From NCBI GenBank assembly GCA_024404655.1, contig JAKSPR010000001.1, forward strand, positions 1 through 32,157: a stretch of DNA of 32,157 nucleotides, given 5' to 3'. Within the stretch, counting starts at the first letter, position 1. Each line of letters starts with the position of its first letter. The stretch comes from Clostridia bacterium. GTDB taxonomy: Bacteria; Bacillota; Clostridia; Oscillospirales; CAG-272. The translations under genes were made by a program, and so were the position numbers. Shown piece after piece: positions 1-8,677 of this stretch. A model generated the notes under the pieces. The model had not been told where the DNA came from. It saw only the letters and a list, made by a program, of their open reading frames with translations, and did no database searches.

Positions 1-243
1 CTGCTGCTCCTTGATGAGCCCAGTATGGGCTTGTCTCCTCTGTACGTCAGCACGATCTTTGATATGATCAAACAGGTCAACGAAGAAGGTACGACGGTCC
101 TGCTGGTGGAACAGAACGCAAAGAAGGCTCTGGCGATTGCTAACCGTGCTTATGTTCTGGAAATCGGCAACATTGCAAAGACCGGTACCGGCGAAGAGCT
201 TTTGGCCGATGACAGTATCCGTAAAGCATACCTCGGCGGCTGA
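1..243 (+). CDS. livF: Branched-chain amino acid ABC transporter ATP-binding protein, C-terminal part (5' end lies outside the window)
   Basis: Frame 1 is open from nt 1 (LLLLDEPSMGLSP...). It shows Walker B 'LLLLDEPS', then 'TVLLVEQNA' and the C-terminal 'IRKAYLGG' typical of LivF/BraG-type ATPases. Stop TGA at 241-243. Confidence 0.85.
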   Translation: MLLLDEPSMGLSPLYVSTIFDMIKQVNEEGTTVLLVEQNAKKALAIANRAYVLEIGNIAKTGTGEELLADDSIRKAYLGG

Positions 244-268
244 TACGGTAAAAAGAATAAACGCAAAA

Positions 269-315
269 AGGATGCTCCCGTGTTTTCATACCGGGAACAT
301 CCTTTGTTTCTGTTT
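269..315. terminator. Bidirectional intrinsic terminator between convergent livF and the MATE gene
   Basis: 12-bp stem with one mismatch (AGGATGCTCCCG 269-280 / CGGGAACATCCT 292-303). It is followed by TTGTTTCTGTTTT on + and by TTTTTGCGTTTATT on the - strand. Confidence 0.75.
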
Positions 316-322
316 TGGGGAA

Positions 323-1717
323 TCAGTGTTCTTTGATTTTGGAGGTATTGGCACGCTTGACCCATCCGCCGCAGAAATAGCGGATTAAGTTAATTGAGCC
401 GCGGACTGTCTGGTCTGCGGCAATCGCCACACGGGCAGCGGCGACACCATAGCCGAGCACCTGGATCAGAAGGTAGGACAGTACAAGACGGAATATCCAA
501 AGGCTGCAGAAAGATGCGATCAGCGGCGTTTTGGTATCTCCTGCGCCGCGGAGTGCTCCTGCGATGGGAAGATGGGTACAGACACCGGGCAGGCCGCTGG
601 CGGTGATGGCGAGGATTCTTGCGGCGTTTCTGGCGATATCGGAATCTGGGGTATACAAAGCGGTGATGTGTTCACCGAACAGAAGAAAAACAGCGGCGAT
701 CACGGCACCAAAGCACAGGGAGGTACACCAGATCATCATCGTGACACCGTGGGCTTTGTCAGCGCGGCCCTCACCAAGTGCCTGTCCCATACAGGTGGTG
801 GAAGCGGCGTTGCAGGCCTGTCCGGGCTGCCATGCAAGACCCTCAATACTTCCGGCGATCTGATTGGCAGCAAAATCAACGGTCGGGACGGTAGCTACAA
901 CTTTGGTGGTCAGCACAGCGCCGGACTGAAGAAGCAGCTGTTCACAGCCTGCCGTGATGCCGACCCGGAAGATCCGTTTCAGAATCACAGACTTCGGGCG
1001 GAAGCTGTCGCCGCGGCGATAGCTGATTGCCTGACGACCGAAAAAGAAAATCGAGACGGCAGAGAGGAATGCGACGATCTTGGACAGCGTTGTTGCCAGC
1101 GCAGCACCGGAAATTCCCATTGCGGGGAACCCGAGCTTGCCGTAAATCAGGATATAGTTAAAAAGCACATTGACCGACGCGGAGGCCAGGTTATAGAGCA
1201 TCGGAACTCTTGTAACGCCGATACCCCGCAGGGATGCGGTCACGGAGATGGTGATGGCCTGAAAGAAGAATCCGGCCGCGATCAAACGGTAATAGGAGAC
1301 GGCAAAATCCAGCGTTTCCGGCTTGGCTCCGGCAAAACGCATCATGGGTCTTGCGAACAGGATGGCAATCGCGGTCAGGACAAGACCTGCGGCTGTCATA
1401 ATAACGAGGGACTGCCGGGCGGCGCAGCGGGCATTATCAGGCTCTCCTGCACCGGTATACCATGCAATGGCGGCGGTAGTGCCGATACAGAACGCGGTCA
1501 TGACACAGACGATCAGATTGATGGGATTGGTGGCGATGCCGACGGCTGCAATCATCGGAGCAGAATCCGGTACGTTGCCCAGCATCATGGTGTCCACCAT
1601 GCCGAATACCTGGGAGATCACCAGTTCTACCAAAGCCGGCAGCATGATGGAGAGAAATTTCCGGACGTCCTGTTTTCCGGGACGGTAAGCGGGGAGATCC
1701 CGCAGCGCGGATTTCAT
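323..1717 (-). CDS. MATE family efflux transporter
   Basis: 464-aa polytopic protein. The N-terminus 'FLSIMLPALVELVISQVFGMVDTMMLG' is a MATE-type signature and the hydrophobic architecture is duplicated. ATG at 1717, TGA at 323-325. Confidence 0.88.
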   Translation of the reverse strand: MKSALRDLPAYRPGKQDVRKFLSIMLPALVELVISQVFGMVDTMMLGNVPDSAPMIAAVGIATNPINLIVCVMTAFCIGTTAAIAWYTGAGEPDNARCAARQSLVIMTAAGLVLTAIAILFARPMMRFAGAKPETLDFAVSYYRLIAAGFFFQAITISVTASLRGIGVTRVPMLYNLASASVNVLFNYILIYGKLGFPAMGISGAALATTLSKIVAFLSAVSIFFFGRQAISYRRGDSFRPKSVILKRIFRVGITAGCEQLLLQSGAVLTTKVVATVPTVDFAANQIAGSIEGLAWQPGQACNAASTTCMGQALGEGRADKAHGVTMMIWCTSLCFGAVIAAVFLLFGEHITALYTPDSDIARNAARILAITASGLPGVCTHLPIAGALRGAGDTKTPLIASFCSLWIFRLVLSYLLIQVLGYGVAAARVAIAADQTVRGSINLIRYFCGGWVKRANTSKIKEH

Positions 1718-1723
1718 GGCGGA

Positions 1724-2659
1724 TCAATCGCGGAACATGTCGGTGGAGAGGTAGCGCTCTCCGGTATCCGGCAGAAGTACAACGATATGTTTTCCGGCAG
1801 ACGTTGGACGGCTTGCATAAGCAATGGCTGCGTGCAGAGCTGCACCGGAGCTGATGCCTGCAAGGACGCCTTCTCTTGCGCCAAGCAGACGACCTGCGGC
1901 GTAGGCTTCCTCTTCTGTGACAGTAATGATCTCATCATAGACGGAGGTATCCAGAACTTCCGGAACGAAGTTTGCACCGATGCCTTGCAGCCCATGCTTT
2001 CCTGCGTGTCCTTCGGAGAGAACAGGGGAATTTTTCGGTTCCACGGCGATAACGGTAACAGCGGGATTCCTTGATTGCAGAGGCTGACCGATGCCGGTGA
2101 TGGTACCGCCGGTACCGACGCCTGCGACAAAGGCATCAACTTCGCCGTCAAGATCTTCCCAGATTTCCGGGCCGGTGGTGGCGATGTGCGCAGCGGGATT
2201 GGCGGGGTTGACAAACTGTCCTGCAATCAGGCTTCCGGGAAGCTCCTTATGGAGGCGTTCTGCCTCGGCAATGGCACCTGCCATACCGAGTGCGCCGTCA
2301 GAGAGTACCAGTTCCGCGCCGTATGCTTTCATAAGCAGTCTCCGCTCCATGGACATGGTGTCCGGCATGACAATGATGACGCGGTAACCGCGGGCGGCAG
2401 CAACACAGGCAAGACCGATGCCTGTATTGCCGGAAGTGGGCTCAATGATAACGGAATCCGGGGTCAGAAGGCCCTTATCCTCTGCATCATTGATCATAGA
2501 CAGAGCAACGCGGTCTTTGGCGGAACCGGCGGGATTGAAGGATTCCAGCTTGGCGTAAAGGTGGGCTTTCAGATCAAATTTTTTCTCCAGGTTTGTCAGT
2601 TCAAGCAGCGGTGTTTTGCCGATCAGCTGTTCAACGGAGGTATATACATGTTTTGCCAT
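1724..2659 (-). CDS. cysK: Cysteine synthase A (O-acetylserine sulfhydrylase)
   Basis: 311 aa. PLP-lysine motif 'FNPAGSAKDR', 'EPTSGNTGIGLA' and the glycine loop 'GVGTGGTITG'. AGGAG (2668-2672, - strand) lies 8 nt upstream of the ATG at 2659. Confidence 0.93.
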   Translation of the reverse strand: MAKHVYTSVEQLIGKTPLLELTNLEKKFDLKAHLYAKLESFNPAGSAKDRVALSMINDAEDKGLLTPDSVIIEPTSGNTGIGLACVAAARGYRVIIVMPDTMSMERRLLMKAYGAELVLSDGALGMAGAIAEAERLHKELPGSLIAGQFVNPANPAAHIATTGPEIWEDLDGEVDAFVAGVGTGGTITGIGQPLQSRNPAVTVIAVEPKNSPVLSEGHAGKHGLQGIGANFVPEVLDTSVYDEIITVTEEEAYAAGRLLGAREGVLAGISSGAALHAAIAYASRPTSAGKHIVVLLPDTGERYLSTDMFRD

Positions 2660-2701
2660 GGGGATGGCTCCTTTCTGCGTATCAAAAAATCTGTTTCTAT
2701 C

Positions 2702-2729
2702 ATTATATCACATTCAGAAAAAAAGTAAA
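2702..2729 (-). promoter_or_regulatory. Putative sigma-A promoter for cysK-MATE
   Basis: Read on the - strand: TTTACT (2729-2724), 16-nt spacer, extended -10 TGATATAAT (2710-2702). The leader is only about 40 nt. Confidence 0.45.
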
Positions 2730-2815
2730 GATAAAAATCGGAATTCTTTTGCCCGCAAAGGGTGTTTTTTGTGGTTCTGTACAAGAATTTTTCGATAGAT
2801 TTGTGACATCCGTTC

Positions 2816-2844
2816 ATGACAGAATGAAGGAAGTGTAGTATAAT
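2816..2844 (+). promoter_or_regulatory. Putative sigma-A promoter for the Gfo/Idh/MocA gene
   Basis: ATGACA (2816-2821), 17-nt spacer, TATAAT (2839-2844), about 50 nt upstream of the ATG at 2894. Confidence 0.5.
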
Positions 2845-2893
2845 GAATACAGAAGCAATCATTTTATAAGTAAACGGAAAGGACTATGAGATT

Positions 2894-4111
2894 ATGGCAG
2901 AAATCAGAATGGGTGTCTTCGGCGCATGGCGCGGTAATTCTTACATTGATCTGATGCTGAAAGAGCCGCGGATCGAAATCGTTGCCATCTGTGACAAGAA
3001 TATCGGTTCCATGGGAATCGGAGAAAATGAGAAACTGAAGCAGGCAACGCTCTTTACGGGCTTTGATGAATTTCTTGACTACGGCAAAGCGCACGGCATG
3101 AATGCGGTGTTCCTTGCCAACTATTTCCATCAGCATGCGCCCTATGCGATCCGGGCTATGGAAGCGGGAATGGATGTCGTCAGCGAGTGTACTTCAGCCG
3201 GGACGCTGAAGGAGTGCGTGGAACTTGTGGAAGCTGTGGAACGTACCGGAAGAAAGTACATGATTGCGGAGAATTATCCCTTCATGACCTTCAATCTTAA
3301 AATGAACCAGATTGTGGAAAGCGGGAAACTGGGAACGCTGCTCTATGCGGAGGGCGAATACAATCACTCCGGCAACAACGAAGAACTCAAGAACCTGACA
3401 CCGGGTCCGTATCACTGGCGCGCGTGGATGCCGAGAACCTATTATGTTACCCATGCCATGGGGCCGCTCATGTATATGTCCAAATCCATGCCGAAATACG
3501 TGTCTGCCCGTGCGGCACATTCCGATCTGCTTTATGAGCTCAAGGACTGGCGGCACAATTACGATGGTGCTGCGATTTTGTTCTGCGAGATGGACAACGG
3601 TATGATCGCCCGCTTTACCGGATGCACCGCTATGGCCAGCGACTACAGCCGTTACCGCATCGTCGGTGACCGCGCCAGCATCGAGGGCGGCGGGAATATC
3701 GGCGGAGATCAGGTCAGACTTTTCTATTTCCATCACACGAAGCCCGAAAATGAGGATGGCTGCCAGATTCTGACAGCAGACCTTGCCGAGCTCGGCGAGC
3801 GCGGGAAAGAGGCTAAAAATGCCGGACACGGCGGCGGAGACTATTGGATCATCCAGAATATGCTGGACTATTTTATCGACGGGAAAGAGCCGTTTTTCGA
3901 TGTTTACCGCGGTGTCGCCATGTCCGCAACGGCGATTCTCGGCTGGAGAAGCTGTCTGAATCACGGAGAAAACTATAAAATTCCCGATTTCAGAATTCCC
4001 GCAGATCGTGATGCTGTACGGGATGACGATCTCACTCCGTTCCCGGACGAGAACGGAAACGGCGCAACACTTCCTCCGGCAATGCCCTATCACCCGAAAA
4101 CGGAAGCATAA
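2894..4111 (+). CDS. Gfo/Idh/MocA family NAD(P)-dependent oxidoreductase
   Basis: 405 aa. N-terminal Rossmann segment 'IRMGVFGAWRGNSYIDL...IVAICD', and the 'AENYPF' and 'AEGEYNH' blocks typical of the family. RBS GGAAAGGA at 2875-2882. Confidence 0.88.
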   Translation: MAEIRMGVFGAWRGNSYIDLMLKEPRIEIVAICDKNIGSMGIGENEKLKQATLFTGFDEFLDYGKAHGMNAVFLANYFHQHAPYAIRAMEAGMDVVSECTSAGTLKECVELVEAVERTGRKYMIAENYPFMTFNLKMNQIVESGKLGTLLYAEGEYNHSGNNEELKNLTPGPYHWRAWMPRTYYVTHAMGPLMYMSKSMPKYVSARAAHSDLLYELKDWRHNYDGAAILFCEMDNGMIARFTGCTAMASDYSRYRIVGDRASIEGGGNIGGDQVRLFYFHHTKPENEDGCQILTADLAELGERGKEAKNAGHGGGDYWIIQNMLDYFIDGKEPFFDVYRGVAMSATAILGWRSCLNHGENYKIPDFRIPADRDAVRDDDLTPFPDENGNGATLPPAMPYHPKTEA

Positions 4112-4126
4112 ACAAAATGAGAAAAC

Positions 4127-4167
4127 AAACCTGACTGATACAGTTTGCTGCGTCAGTCAGGTTTTGA
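4127..4167. terminator. Bidirectional intrinsic terminator (Gfo/Idh/MocA gene versus msrC)
   Basis: Perfect 12-bp stem AAACCTGACTGA (4127-4138) / TCAGTCAGGTTT (4153-4164), with T-rich tracts on both strands. Confidence 0.8.
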
Positions 4168-4174
4168 CGTATTT

Positions 4175-4621
4175 TCAGATCGCGGCTTCTATGATTGCCG
4201 CAAAGGCTTCCAGTCCTGCCCGGTCTTCATCGGAGAAGCGGCCAAATAACGGACTGTCGATGTCGAGGACACCGATCACGGTACCGTTTTTCCGCAGCGG
4301 GACAACAATTTCGGAATTGGAAGCACTGTCGCAGGCGATATGTCCCGGAAATTTATGGACGTCCGGAACCAGCTGGGTACGATCTTCCTTCACAGCAGTT
4401 CCGCAGACACCGCGGCCGACGGGGATTTCAATGCAGGCGACTTTACCCTGAAAGGGGCCGAGGACAAGGGTCTGATCCTCCAGAAGATAGAATCCCGCCC
4501 AGTTCAGATCGGGCAGTGTATCCCATAAAAGAGCGGAAGCATTGGCAAGGTTGGCAACCGGATGGGGAACGCCCTCCACAAGCGCCGCAAGACGACGGTT
4601 CAGATCACGGTAATCGGTCAT
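4175..4621 (-). CDS. msrC: GAF-domain free methionine-(R)-sulfoxide reductase
   Basis: 148 aa from the internal ATG at 4621 (MTDYRDL...). Family blocks 'WAGFYL', 'LVLGPFQGKVACIEIPVGRGVCGTA', 'FPGHIACDSASNSEIVVPL' and 'VLDIDS', with the three conserved Cys positions. The 60-aa N-terminal extension in the ORF track has no family support. Confidence 0.85.
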   Translation of the reverse strand: MTDYRDLNRRLAALVEGVPHPVANLANASALLWDTLPDLNWAGFYLLEDQTLVLGPFQGKVACIEIPVGRGVCGTAVKEDRTQLVPDVHKFPGHIACDSASNSEIVVPLRKNGTVIGVLDIDSPLFGRFSDEDRAGLEAFAAIIEAAI

Positions 4622-4656
4622 AGCATCATTTTCCTTTCGCTTTTTCTGATAGAAAG

Positions 4657-4685
4657 AGTATACCATATAAAGGAAATGTTTGCAA
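4657..4685 (-). promoter_or_regulatory. Putative sigma-A promoter for msrC
   Basis: Read on the - strand: TTGCAA (4685-4680), 17-nt spacer, TGGTATACT extended -10 (hexamer 4662-4657). Confidence 0.5.
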
Positions 4686-4727
4686 GCTTTTCCGCAATTT
4701 GCCTCGAGAAAAATATGCGTTTGGCTA

Positions 4728-4768
4728 TAGGCAAAAATAAACACCCGCGGGGGAATCCCCTGCGGGTG
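4728..4768 (-). terminator. Intrinsic terminator of the wall-protein gene
   Basis: GC-rich 12-bp stem with one mismatch (4742-4753 / 4757-4768). On the - strand it is followed by TTTATTTTTG. Confidence 0.8.
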
Positions 4769-4813
4769 CGATGGATTGCCGCTCATGCCACGTTGCAGCA
4801 AATCATATCGGAA

Positions 4814-5995
4814 TTAGTGCTTCTTGGAGAGGACAACTGCAGCTGCGCAAGCCATAACGACTGCTGCAACAACAACGCCTGCATCTGCGGTCTTGGGGGA
4901 GGTGGGAGCAGGAGCAATAACTGCGGGTGCATCCTCGCCGCCTTCAACTGCGGGAGCGTCATCAACTGCAGGAACTTCTTCAACAGGAGCTTCCTCGACC
5001 GGGAAGTTGATCTCGTTGGAAACGAGGATTGCATCAGCACCCTGGTCAGCCATGTAGATACGGTTGCCGATAACGCCCAGCTGAGTGAAGTTGGTAGCGT
5101 TGTCGTAGCCGATGTGCATGACCTCGGAGAGGTCTTCCTGGTTCAGGACATAGAGCTGGGAATCAGCACCCTGGTAGGTGCAGACCAGCAGGTAGCCGCC
5201 GAGAGCGGTAACACCGAAGCACTCGTCGACTGCGTGGTCATACATGTAACCGGTACCGGTGTAGTCGATCTTGATGACAGTGTCACCCTTGGAACCCTTG
5301 CCGGTGTTGGCTGCCATGTAGATCATACCGTCTGCAGAAACACAGATGTTGTTGCAGTCGGTGATCGGGAAGGTGTTAGCCAGGTCAACATAACCGCCGC
5401 CTGCACCGTTGCCGAAGCTGGTGTTCAGAACAGGGTTGTTGACATCGGTGACATCGTAGCAGTAGATTCTGTCGGTGTCATAGTTGGTAACGAAGTACAG
5501 GTAAACCTTGCCGTCCTTTTCAAGAACGTCAGCACCGTTGATACCAACCTTGCCTTCGATCTCGATCTTGACCCACTTGATTTCCTTCAGGCCTTCAGCC
5601 TGGCAGATTGCAAAGTAGACAGCGCCGTTGTTTGCCTTGTTGGCAACACCCATGTAAACATAACCACGGGTATCAGCAGCGATAGCCTTGATGTATGCGC
5701 CGGGATCTTCGTCTTCGTCGAAGATGTAGGAGCAGACTTCCTTACCGGTTGCAGCGTCGAACTGATAAACAGTGGGCGCCGGACCCTGTAACAGACCGCC
5801 GTAAACATACTTGCCGTTGGGATCAACAGCAAATGCACGCATCTGGTATGCATCCAGATCGCCGTTTTCGTACAGAGCGAGCTCAGACAGCTTGAGGCCT
5901 GCGAGAGCATCATCGTACTTGCCGGCACTTACTGCACAGGTCGCGATCATCATGACAGCGAGAAGAGCAGCAAAGAGCTTAACCATTTTTTTCAT
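4814..5995 (-). CDS. Secreted, probably cell-wall-anchored protein with a beta-propeller-like repeat body
   Basis: Start chosen at MKKMVKLFAALLAVMMIATCAVSAG (signal peptide), with GGAGG (6005-6009, - strand) 9 nt upstream. Recurrent strand motifs: YVYGG, YVYMGVA, VYLYFVT, IYCYDVT, MIYMAANTG, IYMADQG. A Pro/Ala/Glu/Val linker is followed by 'SPKTA-D', an 18-aa hydrophobic stretch and 'SKKH'. Confidence 0.8.
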   Translation of the reverse strand: MKKMVKLFAALLAVMMIATCAVSAGKYDDALAGLKLSELALYENGDLDAYQMRAFAVDPNGKYVYGGLLQGPAPTVYQFDAATGKEVCSYIFDEDEDPGAYIKAIAADTRGYVYMGVANKANNGAVYFAICQAEGLKEIKWVKIEIEGKVGINGADVLEKDGKVYLYFVTNYDTDRIYCYDVTDVNNPVLNTSFGNGAGGGYVDLANTFPITDCNNICVSADGMIYMAANTGKGSKGDTVIKIDYTGTGYMYDHAVDECFGVTALGGYLLVCTYQGADSQLYVLNQEDLSEVMHIGYDNATNFTQLGVIGNRIYMADQGADAILVSNEINFPVEEAPVEEVPAVDDAPAVEGGEDAPAVIAPAPTSPKTADAGVVVAAVVMACAAAVVLSKKH

Positions 5996-6100
5996 GATTC
6001 TATTCCTCCATAAATATTGTCGCAGAGACATCAAGTGGCAGTTGATATCCGGAGCGAATTCCGTTTCCGCAAAAACGAGCGGAAACCTCGACTGATTCCT

Positions 6101-6129
6101 ATTATAGCATAGCAGTTCAAAAAAATCAA
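6101..6129 (-). promoter_or_regulatory. Putative sigma-A promoter for the wall-protein gene
   Basis: Read on the - strand: TTGATT (6129-6124), 17-nt spacer, extended -10 TGCTATAAT (6109-6101). The roughly 100-nt leader contains an 8-bp hairpin (6063-6070 / 6079-6086). Confidence 0.5.
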
Positions 6130-6233
6130 CAGAATTTTCTATATTTTTTCATAAAAAGGTCTTTTTTCACCTCTTTATTTTTGTCAGCATACCATGTTTG
6201 CGGTGAAAAAGGTGCAAAAATCCGTAAAAACAG

Positions 6234-6262
6234 TTGAAAACAGGGAAGATCCGTAGTATAAT
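6234..6262 (+). promoter_or_regulatory. Putative sigma-A promoter for the GH2-TIM barrel operon
   Basis: TTGAAA (6234-6239), 17-nt spacer, TATAAT (6257-6262), 55 nt upstream of the ATG at 6318. Confidence 0.55.
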
Positions 6263-6317
6263 ACAGACAGACGAATGGTCCATCCCCCCGGAATTCTGAA
6301 AAACAAAGGAGACAACG

Positions 6318-8654
6318 ATGATGAGAGAACGTATTTCCCTTGACCGCGGATGGCGGTTCCACCGCGGCGACCTTGATTACGGTCCTGTGCGCGACAAAGG
6401 GCCGATGTATATCCAGGCCAAGACGGAGCGGAAATTATTTGGTCCTGCCGCAAGACTGCATCCGGCAAACGGAGACAGCTACAGCCTTGACAAGGAAATC
6501 AATCCCGAACACTGGGATGTAGTCGATCTGCCGCATGATTATATCGTACTTGGTACCCCCGATGAACATGAGAATAATGCGCTCGGTTATTTTCATTATG
6601 ATAATGCGTGGTACAGAAAGATTTTCCGCCTGACAAAAGAGGATGAGGGCAAACGTATCTGCATTTATTTTGAAGGTGTGGCAACCAGGGCAACGGTTTA
6701 CTTCAACGGCTGTCTCATGGGACATAACTTCTGCGGCTATACAGGATTTGAAATCGACATTACCGATTATGCAGAGTTTGACCGGGACAATGTGCTGGCA
6801 GTCTATGTAAACACCGAAGAGCATGAGAGCTGGTGGTACGAGGGCGGCGGCATCTACCGTCACGTCTGGCTGGAAAAAACGGAAAAGCTGGCATGTGACC
6901 GCTGGGGTCTTTACATGATCCCCCGCCGTATTGTCGGCGACAGATGGAGCCTTACCGCGGAAAATACCATCCGTAACGACAGTGATCAGCCAATGGACTG
7001 TATCGTCCGCACGGAGGTCTTTGAAGGGGAAGAAGCTGTCCTTTCCATGGAAATGCCTTACTCCGTTCCCGCAAGAGAAAAGACGGTTCGCAGAATGCAG
7101 GCGGAGCTTACCGCACCGCACCTCTGGAGCTGTGATGATCCCTATCTTTACCGTGCCGTGACGACCGTAGTCCGGGACGGTGAGGCAGTTGATACCTATG
7201 AGACACCTTTCGGCTTCCGGTATTACGAATTTGATCCCGAAACCGGCATGAAGCAGAACGGGAAACCCGTTGTCATCAAGGGCGTGAGCATGCACGCAGA
7301 TTTTGGTCTGACAGGAAAAGCGGTTCCCGACAACATCCAGTTCCACAAAATCGCGATTCTGAAAGAAATGGGGGCAAACGGTCTGCGGTGCAGTCATTAT
7401 CCCCACGGAGAGGCCACCATGCAGGCACTGGACGAAGCGGGTTTCATCACCATGGCGGAAACCAGATGGTTTGAATCCACCAAAGAGGGTATGGAGCAAC
7501 TGGAAATGCTCATAAAGCGGGACAGAAATCATCCGTGCATCCTTTTCTGGTCGGTGGGCAATGAGGAACCGAAATTCATCACCGAGTCCGGACGGCGCAT
7601 TGCTAAGACGATGATTTCCTTTGTGAAAAAGCTGGATGACACAAGACTGGTGATTTCTGCCAATGACATGTCTCCTGATGTTGCAACGGTCTATGATGAG
7701 CTCGATGCAGTGGGCATCAACTATAACCTTGACAAGTTCGATATGGTACACGAAAAGTACCCGGAAAAGCCTATCTTTTCTTCCGAATGCTGCGCAACCG
7801 GAACGACCCGCGGTTGGTACTATGACGATAATCCCGCAAAGGGTTATATCAATGCCATTGATAAAGATACCAACAGCTGGTTCCGGGGCAGAGAGGTGAC
7901 GTGGAAATTCCTGCGTGCCCGCCCGTGGATCCTCGGTGGATATCAGTGGATCGGCATTGAGCACAGGGGCGAATGTATGTGGCCGAGACTTTGTTCCCAG
8001 TCCGGTGCGATTGATATGTTTTTACAGAAGAAAGATGCGTTCTATCAGAATCAGTCTCATTGGATCGAGGACAGACCGATTCTGCATCTTCTCCCGCACT
8101 GGAACTGGAGCGGTCTGGAGGGCGAAATGGTCCGGGTCGTTGCTTATACCAACTGCCCGGCAGTGGAGCTGTTTGTAAACGGCGTGTCCGCTGGAAAGAT
8201 TGCTGTGGAGCGCTACGGTCATGCGGAATGGAGTGTTCCCTATGTGCCCGGTACCATTGAGGCGGTCGCATACGGAGAGGACGGCGGAATTCTTGCAAAA
8301 GATTCCCACACCACGACCGGAGCACCGACAGCGCTGAAGCTGTGTGCGGAAAATATTGTTCCGAAGGCAAACGGAGCGGATATCCTCCTTGTCACCTGTT
8401 CCTGTGTGGACAGTGAGGGCAGAGAAGTACCGGATGCTTCTCCCACGGTGGATTTCACGACCAATGCGCTCGGAAAAATCGTCGGTACCGGTTCGGATGT
8501 ATCGGATCATGAGCCGCTGCCTATGACGGTGCGGAAAATGCGTGCCGGAGCAATCTCCGTTGCCGTGAAGGTCGGAGACCGGGCGGGCGAACTGAAACTG
8601 TATGCGTCGGCAGACGGCCTTGCATCGGCTTGTCTGACGGTAAATCTTGATTAA
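6318..8654 (+). CDS. Glycoside hydrolase family 2 (beta-galactosidase-like; specificity not assignable)
   Basis: 778 aa. 'ISLDRGWRF' N-terminus, acid/base block 'FWSVGNEEP', nucleophile region 'PIFSSECCA', then 'GGYQWIGIEHRGE...SGAIDMFLQKKDAFY'. No signal peptide. RBS AAAGGAG at 6305-6311. Confidence 0.9.
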   Translation: MMRERISLDRGWRFHRGDLDYGPVRDKGPMYIQAKTERKLFGPAARLHPANGDSYSLDKEINPEHWDVVDLPHDYIVLGTPDEHENNALGYFHYDNAWYRKIFRLTKEDEGKRICIYFEGVATRATVYFNGCLMGHNFCGYTGFEIDITDYAEFDRDNVLAVYVNTEEHESWWYEGGGIYRHVWLEKTEKLACDRWGLYMIPRRIVGDRWSLTAENTIRNDSDQPMDCIVRTEVFEGEEAVLSMEMPYSVPAREKTVRRMQAELTAPHLWSCDDPYLYRAVTTVVRDGEAVDTYETPFGFRYYEFDPETGMKQNGKPVVIKGVSMHADFGLTGKAVPDNIQFHKIAILKEMGANGLRCSHYPHGEATMQALDEAGFITMAETRWFESTKEGMEQLEMLIKRDRNHPCILFWSVGNEEPKFITESGRRIAKTMISFVKKLDDTRLVISANDMSPDVATVYDELDAVGINYNLDKFDMVHEKYPEKPIFSSECCATGTTRGWYYDDNPAKGYINAIDKDTNSWFRGREVTWKFLRARPWILGGYQWIGIEHRGECMWPRLCSQSGAIDMFLQKKDAFYQNQSHWIEDRPILHLLPHWNWSGLEGEMVRVVAYTNCPAVELFVNGVSAGKIAVERYGHAEWSVPYVPGTIEAVAYGEDGGILAKDSHTTTGAPTALKLCAENIVPKANGADILLVTCSCVDSEGREVPDASPTVDFTTNALGKIVGTGSDVSDHEPLPMTVRKMRAGAISVAVKVGDRAGELKLYASADGLASACLTVNLD

Positions 8655-8677
8655 TTTACAGAAGGGAAGAATATAAA

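Noticed and set aside
2746-2770. A small hairpin (CTTTTG-CCCG-CAAAGG) followed by a T6 run on the + strand, resembling a terminator.
   Set aside because: The stem is only 6 bp including a wobble pair. No + strand gene ends upstream of it, and it sits in a divergent promoter region. It is probably fortuitous.
2831-2850. The shared 'GTAGTATAAT...ACAGA' between the Gfo/Idh/MocA promoter (2816-2844) and the GH2 promoter (6234-6262) as a specific regulatory box.
   Set aside because: The identity is essentially the -10 hexamer plus three flanking bases. That is too short to separate from a generic promoter consensus without a genome-wide scan.
2660-2893. A possible T-box, S-box or other riboswitch upstream of cysK.
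   Set aside because: The best promoter leaves a leader of only about 40 nt. There is no specifier or antiterminator architecture and no conserved riboswitch core sequence.
4622-4801. N-terminal extensions implied by the ORF track, for example msrC from 4801. Others: 6034, 9688, 12744, 13492, 15664, 17359, 21517, 23192, 25985 and 26841.
   Set aside because: In each case an internal ATG is preceded by a good Shine-Dalgarno sequence at 6-11 nt and coincides with the start of the conserved domain or signal peptide. The extensions overlap upstream genes, promoters or terminators.
6318-8654. Calling the GH2 enzyme a beta-glucuronidase (GUS).
   Set aside because: Downstream of the nucleophile region there is no N-x-K carboxylate-recognition motif. 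The 'W-x-G-x-E-x-x-GE ... S-x-x-G-x-x-D' pattern is the beta-galactosidase-like GH2 type. Specificity is left open.
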